Below are positions 24,600-37,695 of a stretch of DNA of 64,000 nucleotides, one piece after another. Under the pieces are notes generated by a model that ran no database searches, had not been told where the DNA came from, and saw only the letters and a program-made list of their open reading frames with translations. This DNA is from Camelus dromedarius (taxonomy: Eukaryota): NCBI RefSeq assembly GCF_036321535.1, contig NC_087436.1, forward strand, positions 105,650,001-105,714,000, read 5' to 3'. The first letter of the stretch is position 1. Every line of letters begins with the position of its first letter. Position numbers and translations under genes: made by a program.

Positions 24600-25830
24600 C
24601 TTGTCCACATGGTTCAAAATTTTAAAGTACAAAAAAAGCATACAATGAAAAGACACCTTGGTGCCCTGTCTCCCAGGTACCCAGTGCTCCTCCCCAGAGA
24701 CAACTAGTTTATACAATATGGTTTCTATGTATAGCTGCCCAGAAGTTTTTTTTTAAACTTGAGGTGAAATTCTTATATAGCAATTTTAAAGTATACAATT
24801 CAGTGGCATTTAGTGTACTTACAGCGTTGTGCAGCCATCACCTCTCTCTAAAACTTTTTCACCACCCCAGGAAAAGCAAAAATCAAAATTAACCATTACA
24901 TTATCACTCCCTGTTTCCCCCTCCCCCCTATTGGTAACTCCTAATCTGCTTTCCATCTCTGCGGATTTGCCTATTCTGGGTATCTCATATAAAAGGAATC
25001 ATGACCTTTTTTTGTCTAGCTTCTTTCACTTATAATGTATTCAAGGTTTATCCAAGTTGTAGCGTGTATCACAGCTTCGTTCCTTTTTATGGCTGAATAA
25101 CATTCTGTTCTATGTATATACCACAATTTGTTTATTCATTCATCTGTTGATGAATGACATTTGGGTTGTTTTCACCTATTGGTTATTATGAATAATGCTG
25201 CTATAGTCAAGTTTCTATGTGGATATATGTTTTCATTTCTTTTGGGTGTATACCTCGGAGTGAAATTGCTGGGTCATACAGTAATTTTGTATTTAAATGT
25301 TGAGGAGTAAGAGGTTTCTTTAACTTGTAATTTCCCCTATTTTTACACAGTTGCTAGCATACTAAGCATGTTGTACTGCACTTTGCTTTATTCACAATAA
25401 GGGGTTTGACAATGGGTTCTGGAGACCTTTTCAGTGATGTGCTAGTAAATATTTAACAACCAGCTCTCGTTGGGTAGGGAGTGCCTTGATGGGTAGCATT
25501 TACAGATTTCCATGGTGTAACTGCCACCATGGTCAATTTCAAGCTATGTGAGGTCACTGACTACAGAGTTAGGAAAAGAAGCTAATGATCTGCACTCATG
25601 AATTAGTCCAAACCACCTCCAGCGCACGACTGGATCCTTCCATATCAGAGCATGAAGAGCTGCCTCATTTCCTTTTATGACTGCGTAGCAGGTCATTTTA
25701 GGATGTACTATAATTTTTTAACCAGTCCCTCGTGGTAGACACTTAGGTTGTTTCCAGTCTTTTACTTCCACAATCCAGACTTTAATGGATAACCTTGTAT
25801 GTGTTGCTCATGTGCAAATAGAGCAGTAGA
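24600..25830 (-). mobile_element. Old LINE-1 3' fragments (nested L1M subfamilies)
   Basis: ttttaaagtatacaattcagtggcatttagt, ttcctttttatggctgaataa, gaaattgctgggtcata and ggttgtttccagtctttt. Confidence 0.75.
25432..25632 (-). mobile_element. MER63-like hAT (Blackjack) MITE inserted in L1
   Basis: Imperfect TIRs cagtgatgtgctag ... ccagcgcacgactg; internal gtaaatatttaacaaccagctctc. Confidence 0.65.
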
Positions 25831-26287
25831 CATGGTTCCATGACTTCATAAGAACCATTACGGGAAAAAATTCTCAAAAGACAATTTATTCCTTCACTGG
25901 ACAGTTTTGGCTGTTAAGAAGAATTCTGTGTAAAGAAATTGTCTGTTTTATCCCTGTTTCCTTGTGAGTAAAATATGTAAATTAACTAGCCACTTGCCAG
26001 TGTCAAAGAATTAATGTAAAACATTGATGTGAAAAAGTATGTTTTTCTCCTTAAAGATAGGAATTTGTATAAGTACAAAGTAAAGTGGGTTATACTTGAT
26101 GACCCCAGGCACTTTCGCAAGTAGGTGGTGAGGAAAAAAATCCATTCCTGGGACACTGTGACCCTGCTCTGGAGTCCATACGGGTGAGATCTGCAGCAGA
26201 GGGAGCCAGTCAGCTGATGAGGAAATAGGGTAGTTGAGCAGTTTTAGCCCAGTGCTAACTTAGATTATTTGACCAAGGAACTGAAAG

Positions 26288-26452
26288 ACAGTGTTTCTCA
26301 ACCGTCTCATTGCACTTTAGAATCATCTAGGAAGCTTTTAAAATTTTGATGTCCAGGCCACAGCCTAGACAAATCAAATCAGGCGGGGACACAGGCATCT
26401 GTGTCTTTAAAGCTCCCTTGGTGAGTCAACTGTTCAACCAAGACTGAGAAGC
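26288..26452. mobile_element. MER5A fossil
   Basis: cagtgtttctcaac...tagaatcatctaggaagcttttaaaa...aagctcccttggtgagtc...ccaagactgagaagc. Confidence 0.65.
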
Positions 26453-26495
26453 AAATATGTGCAGGGATCAGATTAGGGAAATAGGGAAACACATC

Positions 26496-26911
26496 TGTAT
26501 TAGTCAGAGCTCTCCAGAGAAAAACCAACAGGATGTGTACGTACACAGAGACTTATTTTAAGGAATTGGTTCATGTGATTATGAAGATGAAAGTCCAAAA
26601 TCTGCAGAATGGGGCTGCAGGCTAGAGACCAGAGAAGAGGAAGAGAAGATGCTATAGTTCACCTTTAAAGGCTGTCTGCTGATGAATTCCCTCTAGCTTG
26701 GAGAGGTGAGTCTTCTGTTCTATTCAGGCCTTCAACTGATTGGATGAGGCCCACCCATGTTATAAAGAGCTATCTGCTTTGCTCAGGGTCTACTGGTTTA
26801 AGGTTAATCTCATCCAAAAACACTGAATGTCATGGAAACATTCAGAAGAATGTTTGAGCACATATCAACATGGTGGCCCAGCCAAGCTGACACACAGAAT
26901 TAATCACCACA
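26496..26911 (-). mobile_element. MLT2-type (ERVL) LTR
   Basis: tgtattagtcagagctctccagaga...ttcaactgattggatgaggcccaccc...gccaagctgacacacagaattaatcaccaca; TG...CA termini. Confidence 0.85.
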
Positions 26912-29900
26912 ATTTAACAGTTGTTTAGGGATACTCAAAAATTGCGTCTTTAGGGTGTAAGCACAGGAATTCAGTGGTTATTTGAAAGTGTGTTTCTCTG
27001 GTTTGGTTACAGACAGGTTCTCTCTTAAATTCCTTAGCTGCTCCCACAAGAGAAACCATTTACCTGTCACTCGTAATCCCTATTCCCAGAGCCCATAGAT
27101 TTTATTAAAATTGAGAATTAGGAGAAGATAAAGTATTTTGTTCCATCATCTTGGAATTGGATGTTTTTATTAAAAGATTATCAACTTTTTTTGGCCAACA
27201 GGAGTGTGTGTTGTTAATTGTGCGAAGAGATTTACTAGAGTAGATATAAAAAGGTTGATTTTGTCAGGAACATATTCCTTTAAGAAAATCTGATTCCTCT
27301 GCTCTCTTGAAAGAACCCCAGGATCAAAACCCAGAATTAAAAATATTAGTGTTGAGAATCCTATCAGTCTCAGCCAGAAGTAATATGTGGTTTATTGGGA
27401 AAATTTTCATTTTCCCTTCTCTCCTTTATAAAACAGCTTTAAATTCTTTCCATGTCACCAGCAACAGAGTTTACTTCCTTTTAGAGTGATTTCCCCATGA
27501 TTGACGGTTTAGTTTAGAATCTAGTTCTTCTAAGCAGCTGACCATCAGGTTGCCTGACTATCCCAAGGTGTTGGATTTCAAGTTGCCTTTGAATTGGATG
27601 GGGAATTGGAGGCCTTTGGCTCAGGAGCAATCTCAGCCTTGGGCTTCCCCATGTGGCTCTGTTCCCCCTACTCTTGTTCAGACTCCCATTTCAGAGTGCA
27701 AATTGGGCATATTCAGCCCAATGAGAAGATCTGGGCCATGAGGACAACGCAGGGGGTCTGAGGACCACACCTAGCCCCTCACAGTGGCTGATTCCTGGAG
27801 ATCGTGGTTTCTGCCCTGCGGTACTTTAAACCTGTGGAACCAGCTGACGGATGAAACCAGGACTGCCATGAGTCAGCGGGAAACTGAGTCAGCCTCATTG
27901 ATTTGGTGTAGGAGGATGTGGGTTGAGTTTGTGGGACCTTGAATGGGGTTTTGTGGTCATAGAAATAGTTTCATCTTGCCAGCTACGAATCAACCAGCAT
28001 TCATGCAGGCCCAGAAGCAGAAGAGCTAAAGTTAAAAATAAGTCAACCTTTTAATTTTAGGCAAAGCAGAGCACAGCCCTAAAATGGGAACTGGGGCATG
28101 CGGACCTGCCCCGCTTTGGAAACTCGGGAGAAAGGAGCAGTAGCACAAAGCCCCTCCCACACAGCCTCCCTGCCCACGCAGGGGGATATGTAGAAGCACC
28201 GGCCAGAGCGTGGAAGGTGGCTGAACTGAAGCAGGGTGGCCCTTCTACCCCTTTCTTAGCTTAAGCTTGGAGCACCCAGAGCCTCAGTCTTCTATCTATG
28301 CCCTGTCGGGACAGGACACAGGGGTGAGGGCCTCTCTGCTGTGTGTAGGTGTGGTACAGGTAGGCAGGACTGGCGTGCATCAGTGCTCAGCTGCTCCTGT
28401 TGTTAAAACATTGGAATATTTTCATACTCCTTTGTAAAGAGACATTGACCCTAGCCCTCTGTTTGCTTCCCACTATCAGCTCCAGGACCTCCTCTGGGAT
28501 CTCATCGATTTCCCCAGGACCCAGCAAATAAAGGATTGATTCCTGGCACAGTGGGGCATCCAGAAAATTTAATTCCCTCTGTTCTGTTGAAAAAAATTCC
28601 CAGTGTCAAAATTCAGAATTCAAAAAGTTTGGTGGTGAGAGTTCTTTGGGTCTCAACAGGAAGGAATCCACGGTTTATGGGGAAAATCATGGCCAACCCA
28701 ATTATCCTTTCTCTCCTTTATAAAAGGGTTTGGAGTTTTTTCCATATCACCAGTAGAGGGATTTTCTTTCTTCCATAAATGATTGGAAGCTTCAGCACCA
28801 GGGCCAGCTACATCCTTTGAGATTAGTGCTTGTCTACACAGCAGTGGTTAAATACAGTGACCTTAACACTGGGTGTGGGTATGTGTGTGCTCCATCAAAG
28901 AAAAGTGTTAGGCTGGTAACCCAAGGGACTGTATCCTCAACCCTGTCTACTTGGTTAGTGGAAAATACCACCACCCCCATTTCATCACAGCATTTTCCAG
29001 CTAGTTCAGTCCTCTAAGTGCCATCTCCCATGTGCCAGGACACAGATTCTTGAGTTTGGCCACTCAGGCCACTTCATCATGCCACCATACGGTGACTCTG
29101 CCCTCAGTGACCCTCTGCTGGTGACTCCACCACTACCGCCAATCTGATCTCAAGGAAGCAAAGGCTCCCCTTATCATGTTCACTGAATCCCAGTCATGGG
29201 CAGGCTCTTCCACTTGGTTACCACCAGGTATCAGAGACCAGGATGTCATTTTTAATGGGACCTAGTGTAAGTGTGGGAGTAATGACAGGGAAGTGAAATA
29301 CAGATAAAACCTCATAGTTTTTATCTGGGCATGCCTGTCTGGGCATCCTTAACAGGTCAGTTTCCCTGACATGCACCTTCTGGTTGCTCTGGAGCTAGGA
29401 CAAGCTTCCCTCATCTGCCATCAGAAAGGCTGAGTGAGATGTTCCCACTGACTCAGCCAAACTCCACAATAGGGAGGAAAAGGTTTTCTTTCCCACCTCT
29501 AGGGCCTGAGGTGAGACACCAACAGCTCGACTGAGGTGAAACAGCACCAGTTTAAGTCAGTCTCTCACCAAGGGTCTGAGCGTCCTGCAAAGGAGTCTGA
29601 CATGGAGTCAACCAAGTACAGAGCCCACTTACCATGAGAGTGTTTGTTATACTGTCATCCAAATATTATAGAAGAAAAACTGAGGCCCAGGAAGGTTTAG
29701 TAACTCAACTTAGCTCACACAGCCTGAAAAGCTTCTAAGACCTTATACCTGGACAATCACTTCAAAACCTGAGCTTTTAACCACTACACAAAGCACTCTT
29801 CTTGTGTGAATCTGGGGAAATGTTAAAAATCTTCAATTATCAACTTGTTAGAAATGTGCAAAAGGAATATGGCGCTCATGAGTTAAGCATAAAGTTGAGC

Positions 29901-31092
29901 TTAGAGACCTCTGGTGGGTTTCCTATGGAACAGAAGCCAAGGACAGGAAGCTTAGAGCCTCCCCCACATCAGCAGAATTCTTGAAATTTTCCAGCTGATT
30001 TCTTCACCATATTATCAGTGGTGTCAGGAGAGGCGGCCTCAGCCACGGAGCTAGCATCCTTGAGTTCTTCACTTGCCATGTTCCTGCTCGCATGATTCTC
30101 CTGCAGCTGTTTAAGATCAGCAAACACATGTGCGATGATCACAAACAGCTATGTGTTTTCATAAGCCCTTGACCTGCCACATTCTCCCATTTCTTTTGTA
30201 TCAGGCTTCTATCAACTGTGATAAAGCTCCTTTTGAGATGAGTGGGATTTCCTCTGCTGAGCTTTTCAAATCAGATTCCTCACTGCTGTCTTTCTGCCTT
30301 GTATCTTCAAATCCCTCTGTCACTTGGGTCAGTAAATGAGTTCTCTGATTTACTTGCCGGCACCAGAAACATGCCTTATGTAGTCTTGGTCATCTCTTTG
30401 GTTGCCCATGTAGATAAGAATCTGTCCCTAGACTGTGAATTCCTTGAGGACAGGGATTATGTCTTAAGCATCTTTGGCTTCTTCTCAACTCCTGGTTTTG
30501 TGCCTCACTGGAGACACATTGGAATCATTGGGAATTGGTTCATATGTTGCAGGTCTTCCCTCAGAGGATAGCTTTGATCTTGTACCTGCCCCACTGCAAT
30601 GGCATAAGCCCTCCATTTCTCCTTAGCACCCACTTCAAGTCCATCCGACAGCAACTCGGTACCATCTTCACTTATCTCTGCTGTGCAGAAATGGGAAGAA
30701 ATGAACTATCTCATCCTCCAAACAGCTTCTCATTTTGCTAAATTTCAGTTAAGCTCATTTTCAACATTTCTCTCATTAGGAAAAATTACAAATGGTAATT
30801 TGTAATTGTGTTTTTTGTGGTTTTCAAAATTCTTTTCTTGGTTCTCCTTGAGGGCAGTTTCACGTGGTACAGACGTACCGGGCTGATCACCATCAAGGTG
30901 ACCTATGCATAGGTTTTGGAGGGTAAAGATGTGGACATCTTTGGAGGTGGGGGGGGGGCATTGTTCTGCCTGTCATAGGCAGGGAAAGTATTAGATAACC
31001 TAGAACATCTTACTGTGCCAGAATGTAAAGAAGTGACCAGTAACCTATGGGGACGTGTCAAAAGGACACCAGGAACCAGCTTAATGGGCTTC

Positions 31093-31463
31093 GTATTAGT
31101 CTGCTTTGGCTGCCAAAATAAAGTACCACAGACTGGGAGCTGAAACAACAGAAATTTAGCTTCTCATAGTTCTGGAGGCCGGAAGTCTCACAGCAAGGTG
31201 TTAGGGGCTGAGGCCTCTCTTCCTGGCTTGCAGATTGCTGCGCTTTTTCTGTGTCCTCACATGGCTTTTCCACTGTGTGCACGGAGATAGATCTCTGGTG
31301 TCTCCTCCTCTTCTTATAAGGGCACTAGTCCTGTCAGATTAAGGTCCACCCTGATGACCTTGTTTAACCTTAGTTACCTCTTTAAGGCCTTGTTTCTAAG
31401 TATAGCCACATTGGGGTGTTAGGGCTTCAACATAGGAATTTTGAGAGTTCCCAGTTCAGCCCA
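31093..31463 (-). mobile_element. MLT1A/B-type MaLR LTR
   Basis: gtattagtctgctttggctgcc...aaagtaccacagactggg...aaacaacagaaattta...cttcttataagggcactagtc...gggcttcaacataggaatttt. Confidence 0.85.
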
Positions 31464-32247
31464 AGAGAGTTCTTCCACTTGTATTATGATCCAGGTCCTG
31501 ATGTGCGAGCAAAAGTAGCTCAAGGAGGCTTCCTGGAAGTCACAATGTTGGGGGGGGCAAGATGGGTGTGGTGTGGCGTGTACAGCTATAACACATAGAT
31601 GGCGTTTGACTCTGCATTGCTTGGGTGGCTGAATGTAAGAACATTCTGTCTGGACAGGTTTATACCATTTTTCAGTTGCATCGCTTGATCTATGTCTCCT
31701 TTTAATTCTCTCACAGAAGAAACAGAATTTGACTGTAATGAAACGTATGAACCTACTTTAGGAGGCATTAAACCTGCAACTAAGAAGGTAGCACCTATGG
31801 GCTTCTGCATGGCCACAAATTAGATAGTCCTAGAAGTGTCATATAAAAGCCTGAAGACCAAGGCTCAGTCTGCCCACCACAGCCAGGGCAGCCTCCATGC
31901 CCAGCCAGTCATCTTCTCAATGCTCCATCTCATGTCCAGACCCAGCTTAAAAAGATTCTCACAAGCACCCTAAATGTCAACTCTAAGAAAAATGGAGCAG
32001 AGTTTAGGAAGCAAAAACATGGAATCACTTAGATATATGCTATATATGTTGTTTTCATTCCTTCCTTCTTTCCTTCCCATTGTAAAATAAATGAAGAAAA
32101 ATCATCCTTAATAACAAAATAGCTACAATAGTTTTTGCATTTCTTTCCGATGTTTCCCATATGCCCATTCTTGTGTATGGCTCCAATGACAGTATACATG
32201 CGATCCTAGATTCTGTCTTCTGTACTTAATCCTAGAGAACTTAATCT

Positions 32248-33340
32248 GTTGCATGGCAGTATTGAAACATATCTGCAAATCATTTGCTATTTCTCATTTT
32301 ATGAGGTAGTTTCTATATCTTCTCTCTAATCTAGGATGACTTACTAACCTCTTTATTGCCAATGGAAAGCGGCAGAAGTGATGCTGCACAAACTTGCAAA
32401 ACTGGGTCAGGAAAAGCCATGCAGCTTTTGCCTGGCTCTTTTGGGATGTTAGCTCTAGGGGAAACTAGCACCATAAAAGAAAGCCAAGTGTCCTCAGACT
32501 GCCATGCTGGCTGAGCTTGCAGCTAATGTCAGCGTCAACTCCTAACCGCATGAGTGCGCCATTTTGGACACCCAGCCCAGTTAAGTCATCAGATGTTTGC
32601 AGGCCCAGCTGACATTTTCTGCAACTGCATGAGTAACCTCAAGTGGGAACTGCTCAGCTGGGCCCTTTTCAAATTTCTGATGCACAAAATCAAGAGCAAA
32701 ATAAAAAGGTTGGTTTAAGCCACTCAGTTTGGAGGCAGTTTTTCCACACAACACTGGTGACAAAAATGAATTTTGGTACCTGAAAATGAGGATCTGCTAC
32801 AATAAAAATTTAACACATTGGCTTTGACACTGGGCAAGGTGTAAGGGCTGGAAGGCCTGGCGAAGTATGTCAGTGAGAGCTTAAAGGAATGCGAGGAAAA
32901 TGTTACAGAAGCTGAAGGAAAGAAGACTGTGGTTATGTAGTGGCGGAAAGTTTAGCAAAAGCATCACCTGCAGTAATGTAGAGATTAGAAAATACACTCA
33001 GTGAATTCTATGCTCTAAGAAAATTTCCAGGCAGAGTATTTAAGATGCCACCTGGCTTCTTTGAGCTGCCTATAATAAAATAAGAGCAGAGAAATATAAA
33101 CACAAACTGAAAACCCAACTATTCAGTTTTCAAGTGGAATTTGGAGGAAATACAAATGGCCCAAGAGAGTATTTTTAGCCAGCAAAGCGTTCTTAAAGTG
33201 AAGGGGGAAAAAGGCCCCAGGAAAAAGATTTTCAGGAAAATGTGGTCACAGGGTAAAAACTGAGCCAGAGCAGGGTGGCCTCAAAGCATGTTTTTTAAGA
33301 TTTCAGAAAGATCCAAAGTGGTATCTCATAGACATCATCA
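32248..33340 (+). mobile_element. MLT1-type LTR (~32248-32762) followed by MLT1 internal sequence
   Basis: LTR motifs gcagaagtgatgctg, ctgcaactgcatgag and tttaagccactcagtttgg, followed by attttggtacctg and gtagtggcggaaagtttagcaaa, typical of MaLR-int. Confidence 0.75.
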
Positions 33341-33349
33341 ACTAGATAA

Positions 33350-33668
33350 GGTATTGGATACAGTTCCCTGTGCTATACCTTGTTGGACCTTGTTGTTTAT
33401 CTATTTTATATATAGTAGTTAGTATTTGCAAATCCCAAGAACCCAATTTATCCCTCCATCTCCTCTTTCCCTTTTGGTAACCACAAGTTTGTTTTCTATG
33501 TCTATGAGTCTCTTTCTGTTTTGTAATAAGTTCATTTGTGTCATTTTTTTAAGATTCCATGTATAAGTGATAACATACGGTATTTTTCTTTCTCTTTCTG
33601 GCTTACTTATGACAGTTTCCAGATCCATGCATGTTACTACAAATGGCATTACTTTATTCTTTTTTATT
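33350..33668 (-). mobile_element. Young LINE-1 3'UTR fragment (poly(A) end missing)
   Basis: cagttccctgtgctata...ttggtaaccacaagtttgttttctatgtctatgagtct...agattccatgtataagtgata; same family as 18950-19370. Confidence 0.85.
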
Positions 33669-36600
33669 GGGAGAGCTCTGAAAATTCTTCCTTGCCAGCT
33701 GTATGTAGTATGATATATTCCATTCGATTCCAAACACAATTAACAACCTCATTCTTCTGACCCAATCCTTAAAGGGCAAAGACATAGAATTCTAACTATG
33801 GGTTACACAACATAGGAATAGATTATGTCAAGACAATCCAGGTCTGTGGATACAGCTCTACCCTGTGCAAAGATGCTCAGCAGAAGGGACATGAGAAAGG
33901 TCCACCCATATTCCACTCACCTACGTGGCTGCATCTGCCCAGTCGGGGGCCTTTTTCTGACTCACGCAGGAGTGTTGGATAAGCTAGTTGTGGTCCTGAG
34001 TCTTACCCCTGTGGCTTGTGGATGATCATTTAAATGCAGTAGGGTTATATACAGCAGGGTACCACAGTCCAAGATCAATAAAATGCACACAGTTGTAACA
34101 ACATTTTCTGTGCTGTGCTCATCTGCCTTGATTACAGCTGATGGATTATCCTCCTCTCCTCCTTCTAACTGGCAGTTGTAGGACTGTTTGCTCTTCTTCT
34201 AATTCCCTCTCTTTCCTCCAGGTTCACTGTTAGTCTCTCACTTGTCAGCTACTTGATCTCTTCTTTAAGGTTTTATTAGTATATCTCCTTCCGTTTCTCC
34301 GAGCTCTTACATATGGTTCTGTAAATTCTTTTAAAACGCTTCAATATCCTTAAGCAAATAAATGCTCAAAATATACATAGTTCTTTTATAAAGAGTGTTT
34401 GTACAGTGAGTTAATTTCAAAATAGAAAACATATATTTGCTATTGCAGGTTACAATGTGTAATACAACGGCTAATCTTAATTTCTTAAAAAGTAAGCAAA
34501 CAAAATCTTAGCTATAAGTTAATAAAAGCATCACAAGTCATAAAAGCATCACTTACCTGCCACTTATCAGTGTCGATACTTATAACAGCTCTAGTCTTCA
34601 CAAAGATACATTCTTCGATGAGAATTATAAAGTGAAAACACATTTCCAGGTTACCTTTGGGAAAACATATTTCAGTATCTCACTTAGAGGGATATGGAAT
34701 TTAAATGTGTCTATTTGTAGCTTCTGTCCATTGAGCCTAGATCGGTCACTGGAGGCAGAGAGAACAAATGTTGTCCTTCCTCCACCTGTCAGACCTGAAA
34801 TTTTTTTTAAAATAGCTACTACACCTCCCTTTTTCTATTCCCACCCTGTTAATTTCTCCTCCATAAACCAAATGTCTTTGTTTCTCCCATTGTTCATCAC
34901 ATGGTAATTTAAGTCAGGTTGCCGTCTTGATTGTTCTCCTCTGAACGTGTTCTTGTTAGTCTATAGCACGCAAAATACATGATGCAAAAATAAGACATAA
35001 CTTTTGAGTGCTCTAAAAATGAAATGGAAAAGGACAATCATCTCCCTTGTTTAAGATAACATACCTCTATTAATGCTACTTCATATCACAGACTGCTGAC
35101 TTAAGCATCCACATCCTACTGCTGGCCCTCATCCAACAAAACACTAAATTATCATACATGATATTGGTAAGTAAGCCAGTGCTACCAAACATTCCTTTGC
35201 ATGGTTTTCAGTAGGGCTTCTTTCTACCATAGCCGCTGGGGTTTTCCTCCAGCCTCCTACCCCTCCAGAAAAGACCACCAGCAGCCAAGTTTCTCCACGC
35301 CATGCTCCCAGGCCCAGTCCCAATTTAGTCTCATGACAGCTAAGGACAGCCTTTATAACGATTGCTGGCCGCTTATTCACCGGCAGACTTGAACACTTGA
35401 TTTTTAACAAGAGCAACAAAAATGAAGTGCTATCACGAGGAAATCTGGTGACAATGATTTGTTATTATTACTGCTATTCCCAGCCCAGATGGTTCTCCAG
35501 ATGAAATGGATAAAAACTGGATCCTCTTTGTGGCTGGTGACAGGGGCAGACTTGGTCCTTCCAGTGGGATCTCATCAGACACACAGCACTCCGCTGGCTC
35601 CCGAGCTTCCCACAGGCACATGTGTGTTGCGGCAATCCTGAAAACTGTCAAGTGAATAATTGGCCTCTTATCTGGAGTCTTCAGAAGGTTCCCTTCTGCA
35701 CATCCTTTGAAAAGCGGTGTCAGTCAGGTTCTTTGTTTGCAAGCAACAGAAACTGGGTCTGGCTAACTTGAGCAGAAAAGTACTTTTTGGATGAACATTG
35801 GGACCCTTCCACAGCTGAAGAAAGCGCAGCCAGCCAGGCTTTGTGCACGATGGGAACAGGGGAGCCTCAAAAGTGCAGGTACCAGGAGATAACTGAGAAT
35901 CTTGTCAGGGTGTGGTTAAAATAAACGAAGTATAATTTTCTGCTTTTGTATCACTCCCAGCAAGATTCAAAATCTGAGTCCAGAGCATCTGGTAATTCAG
36001 CTTGTGTCTTAGATATATCTTCCAGTTAGCGAAAGGCAGGGCCTCTGGTTAGCAGTCTCGGCAAAGCAGCACCCAACAGAGACAAAATGACGTAAAATTA
36101 TACCAAAAAGGTAGGATTTCCAGAATGGCAGAGAAAGGAAGTGAACAAATGCTTTCCCCCCAGAACAACTGTAAAACTGGACAGAATTGTCAAAAACAAC
36201 TTCGAGACACTGGAAACTGACCAAAGGCATGCAAATAAATTGAGATGTGTTTATTCAAGCAAACCTACTGTAACTTGGCTAAGGACGGTTGGACTCTATG
36301 TTGTGTTAGCCTGCAGCTGTTTCCAACATCCCTTCAGTTCCATCAGTATAATAGGTCTACCAGGATAAGGTAAGCTCTGAAAACCAAGAGTTTTTTTCCC
36401 CCCCTAGGAGGCTGATAGGATTTGGAGTGGAGCCTTGAAAAAAAATCCCATGCCTTCAGAAATCATGAGAAACAATGGGGAAAGTCAATGTCACAGTTAG
36501 TCTGAGATTGTGACATTGGCTGGGAATATTGGTTCGGACATTGGTAGAAGACTAGAAGCATAGCCAGAAATTTGATGGGGACATCTGGGGAACTAGACAG

Positions 36601-37695
36601 GCATCGTGGGCTTGATAAACTCCAAACTATCCCTAGAGGTCTCAAAGTAATCGTGTAATCATGGTCCAGGCTAAGTACATATTCAGGAGAGACTGGAGAA
36701 GACTCTTGCTATCTACATATTCCTGGATAAATTTGAAGTGTTATGTATATGCAGAGAAGACACAAGCAGGGTCAGTGTAAAGTAGAAGCAAGGGCAGATT
36801 TATAAACTGCCTGAACTTTAAATGTGTTTCCAAATCCATATAGAGATTCATCAGCAAAGGGTAAAGACTTACTGGCTCAATGTGCTTGAGCACAACCTCT
36901 GATCAATTAGTAACCTATGCTAGACTAAGGGTGAATGATAGGGAGGCGAACTTAGAAATAAAAACAACAACAAAAAAGAAAACTTAGCAAAGACACCAGC
37001 TGTCACACACTGAAGTAAAGATAGACTCTGCAGAATAAGTCCAAGCAAGTCAATAAACAAACACACAAAAATGATAACCACAACTCCCAGAGAGAGAGTG
37101 AGAATCCAGAGTTGCTACAATATATAATCTAAAGTGTCTGCAAAGAAACAGGAAAGCAGAAAAAGCTCAGGGAAAAAGCAGTTAATAAGAAACTGTCTCT
37201 GAGAGGTCCTTTAAGATGGTGAACTTAACAGAAAAAAAAAAGTCAAAGCAGCAAATAAAAACACATTCAAACCTAAATGAAATTCTATTAAAAGAAATTT
37301 AAAACTATATTTTAAAAAGTGCCAAATGGAAAATTTACAGTTGAAAAGTACAGTAAGTGAAATGGAATTTTCACTAGGGGAGCTCAACATCTTATTTGAG
37401 ATGGTGTAATAAAGAAACCTGAATATAAATCAATAAAAAGTATACAATCTGAAGGACAAAAAAAGAAGAAAATTGAACAGAGCCTGAAACGATGGAAAGA
37501 TGCCACTGAGCATGCCAACATGCATGTAATGGAAATTTCAGGAGAGAAGTAACAGAAAGGGAATAAAAATATTAGAAGTAATGGCCTAAAAAAATCCCAA
37601 ATTTGATAAGAAACATGAATCTACAGATTCAAGAGGTTCTATGAATCCAAGTAGAATAAATACAAATAGAGCTACATCTAAATGTATCATATACA

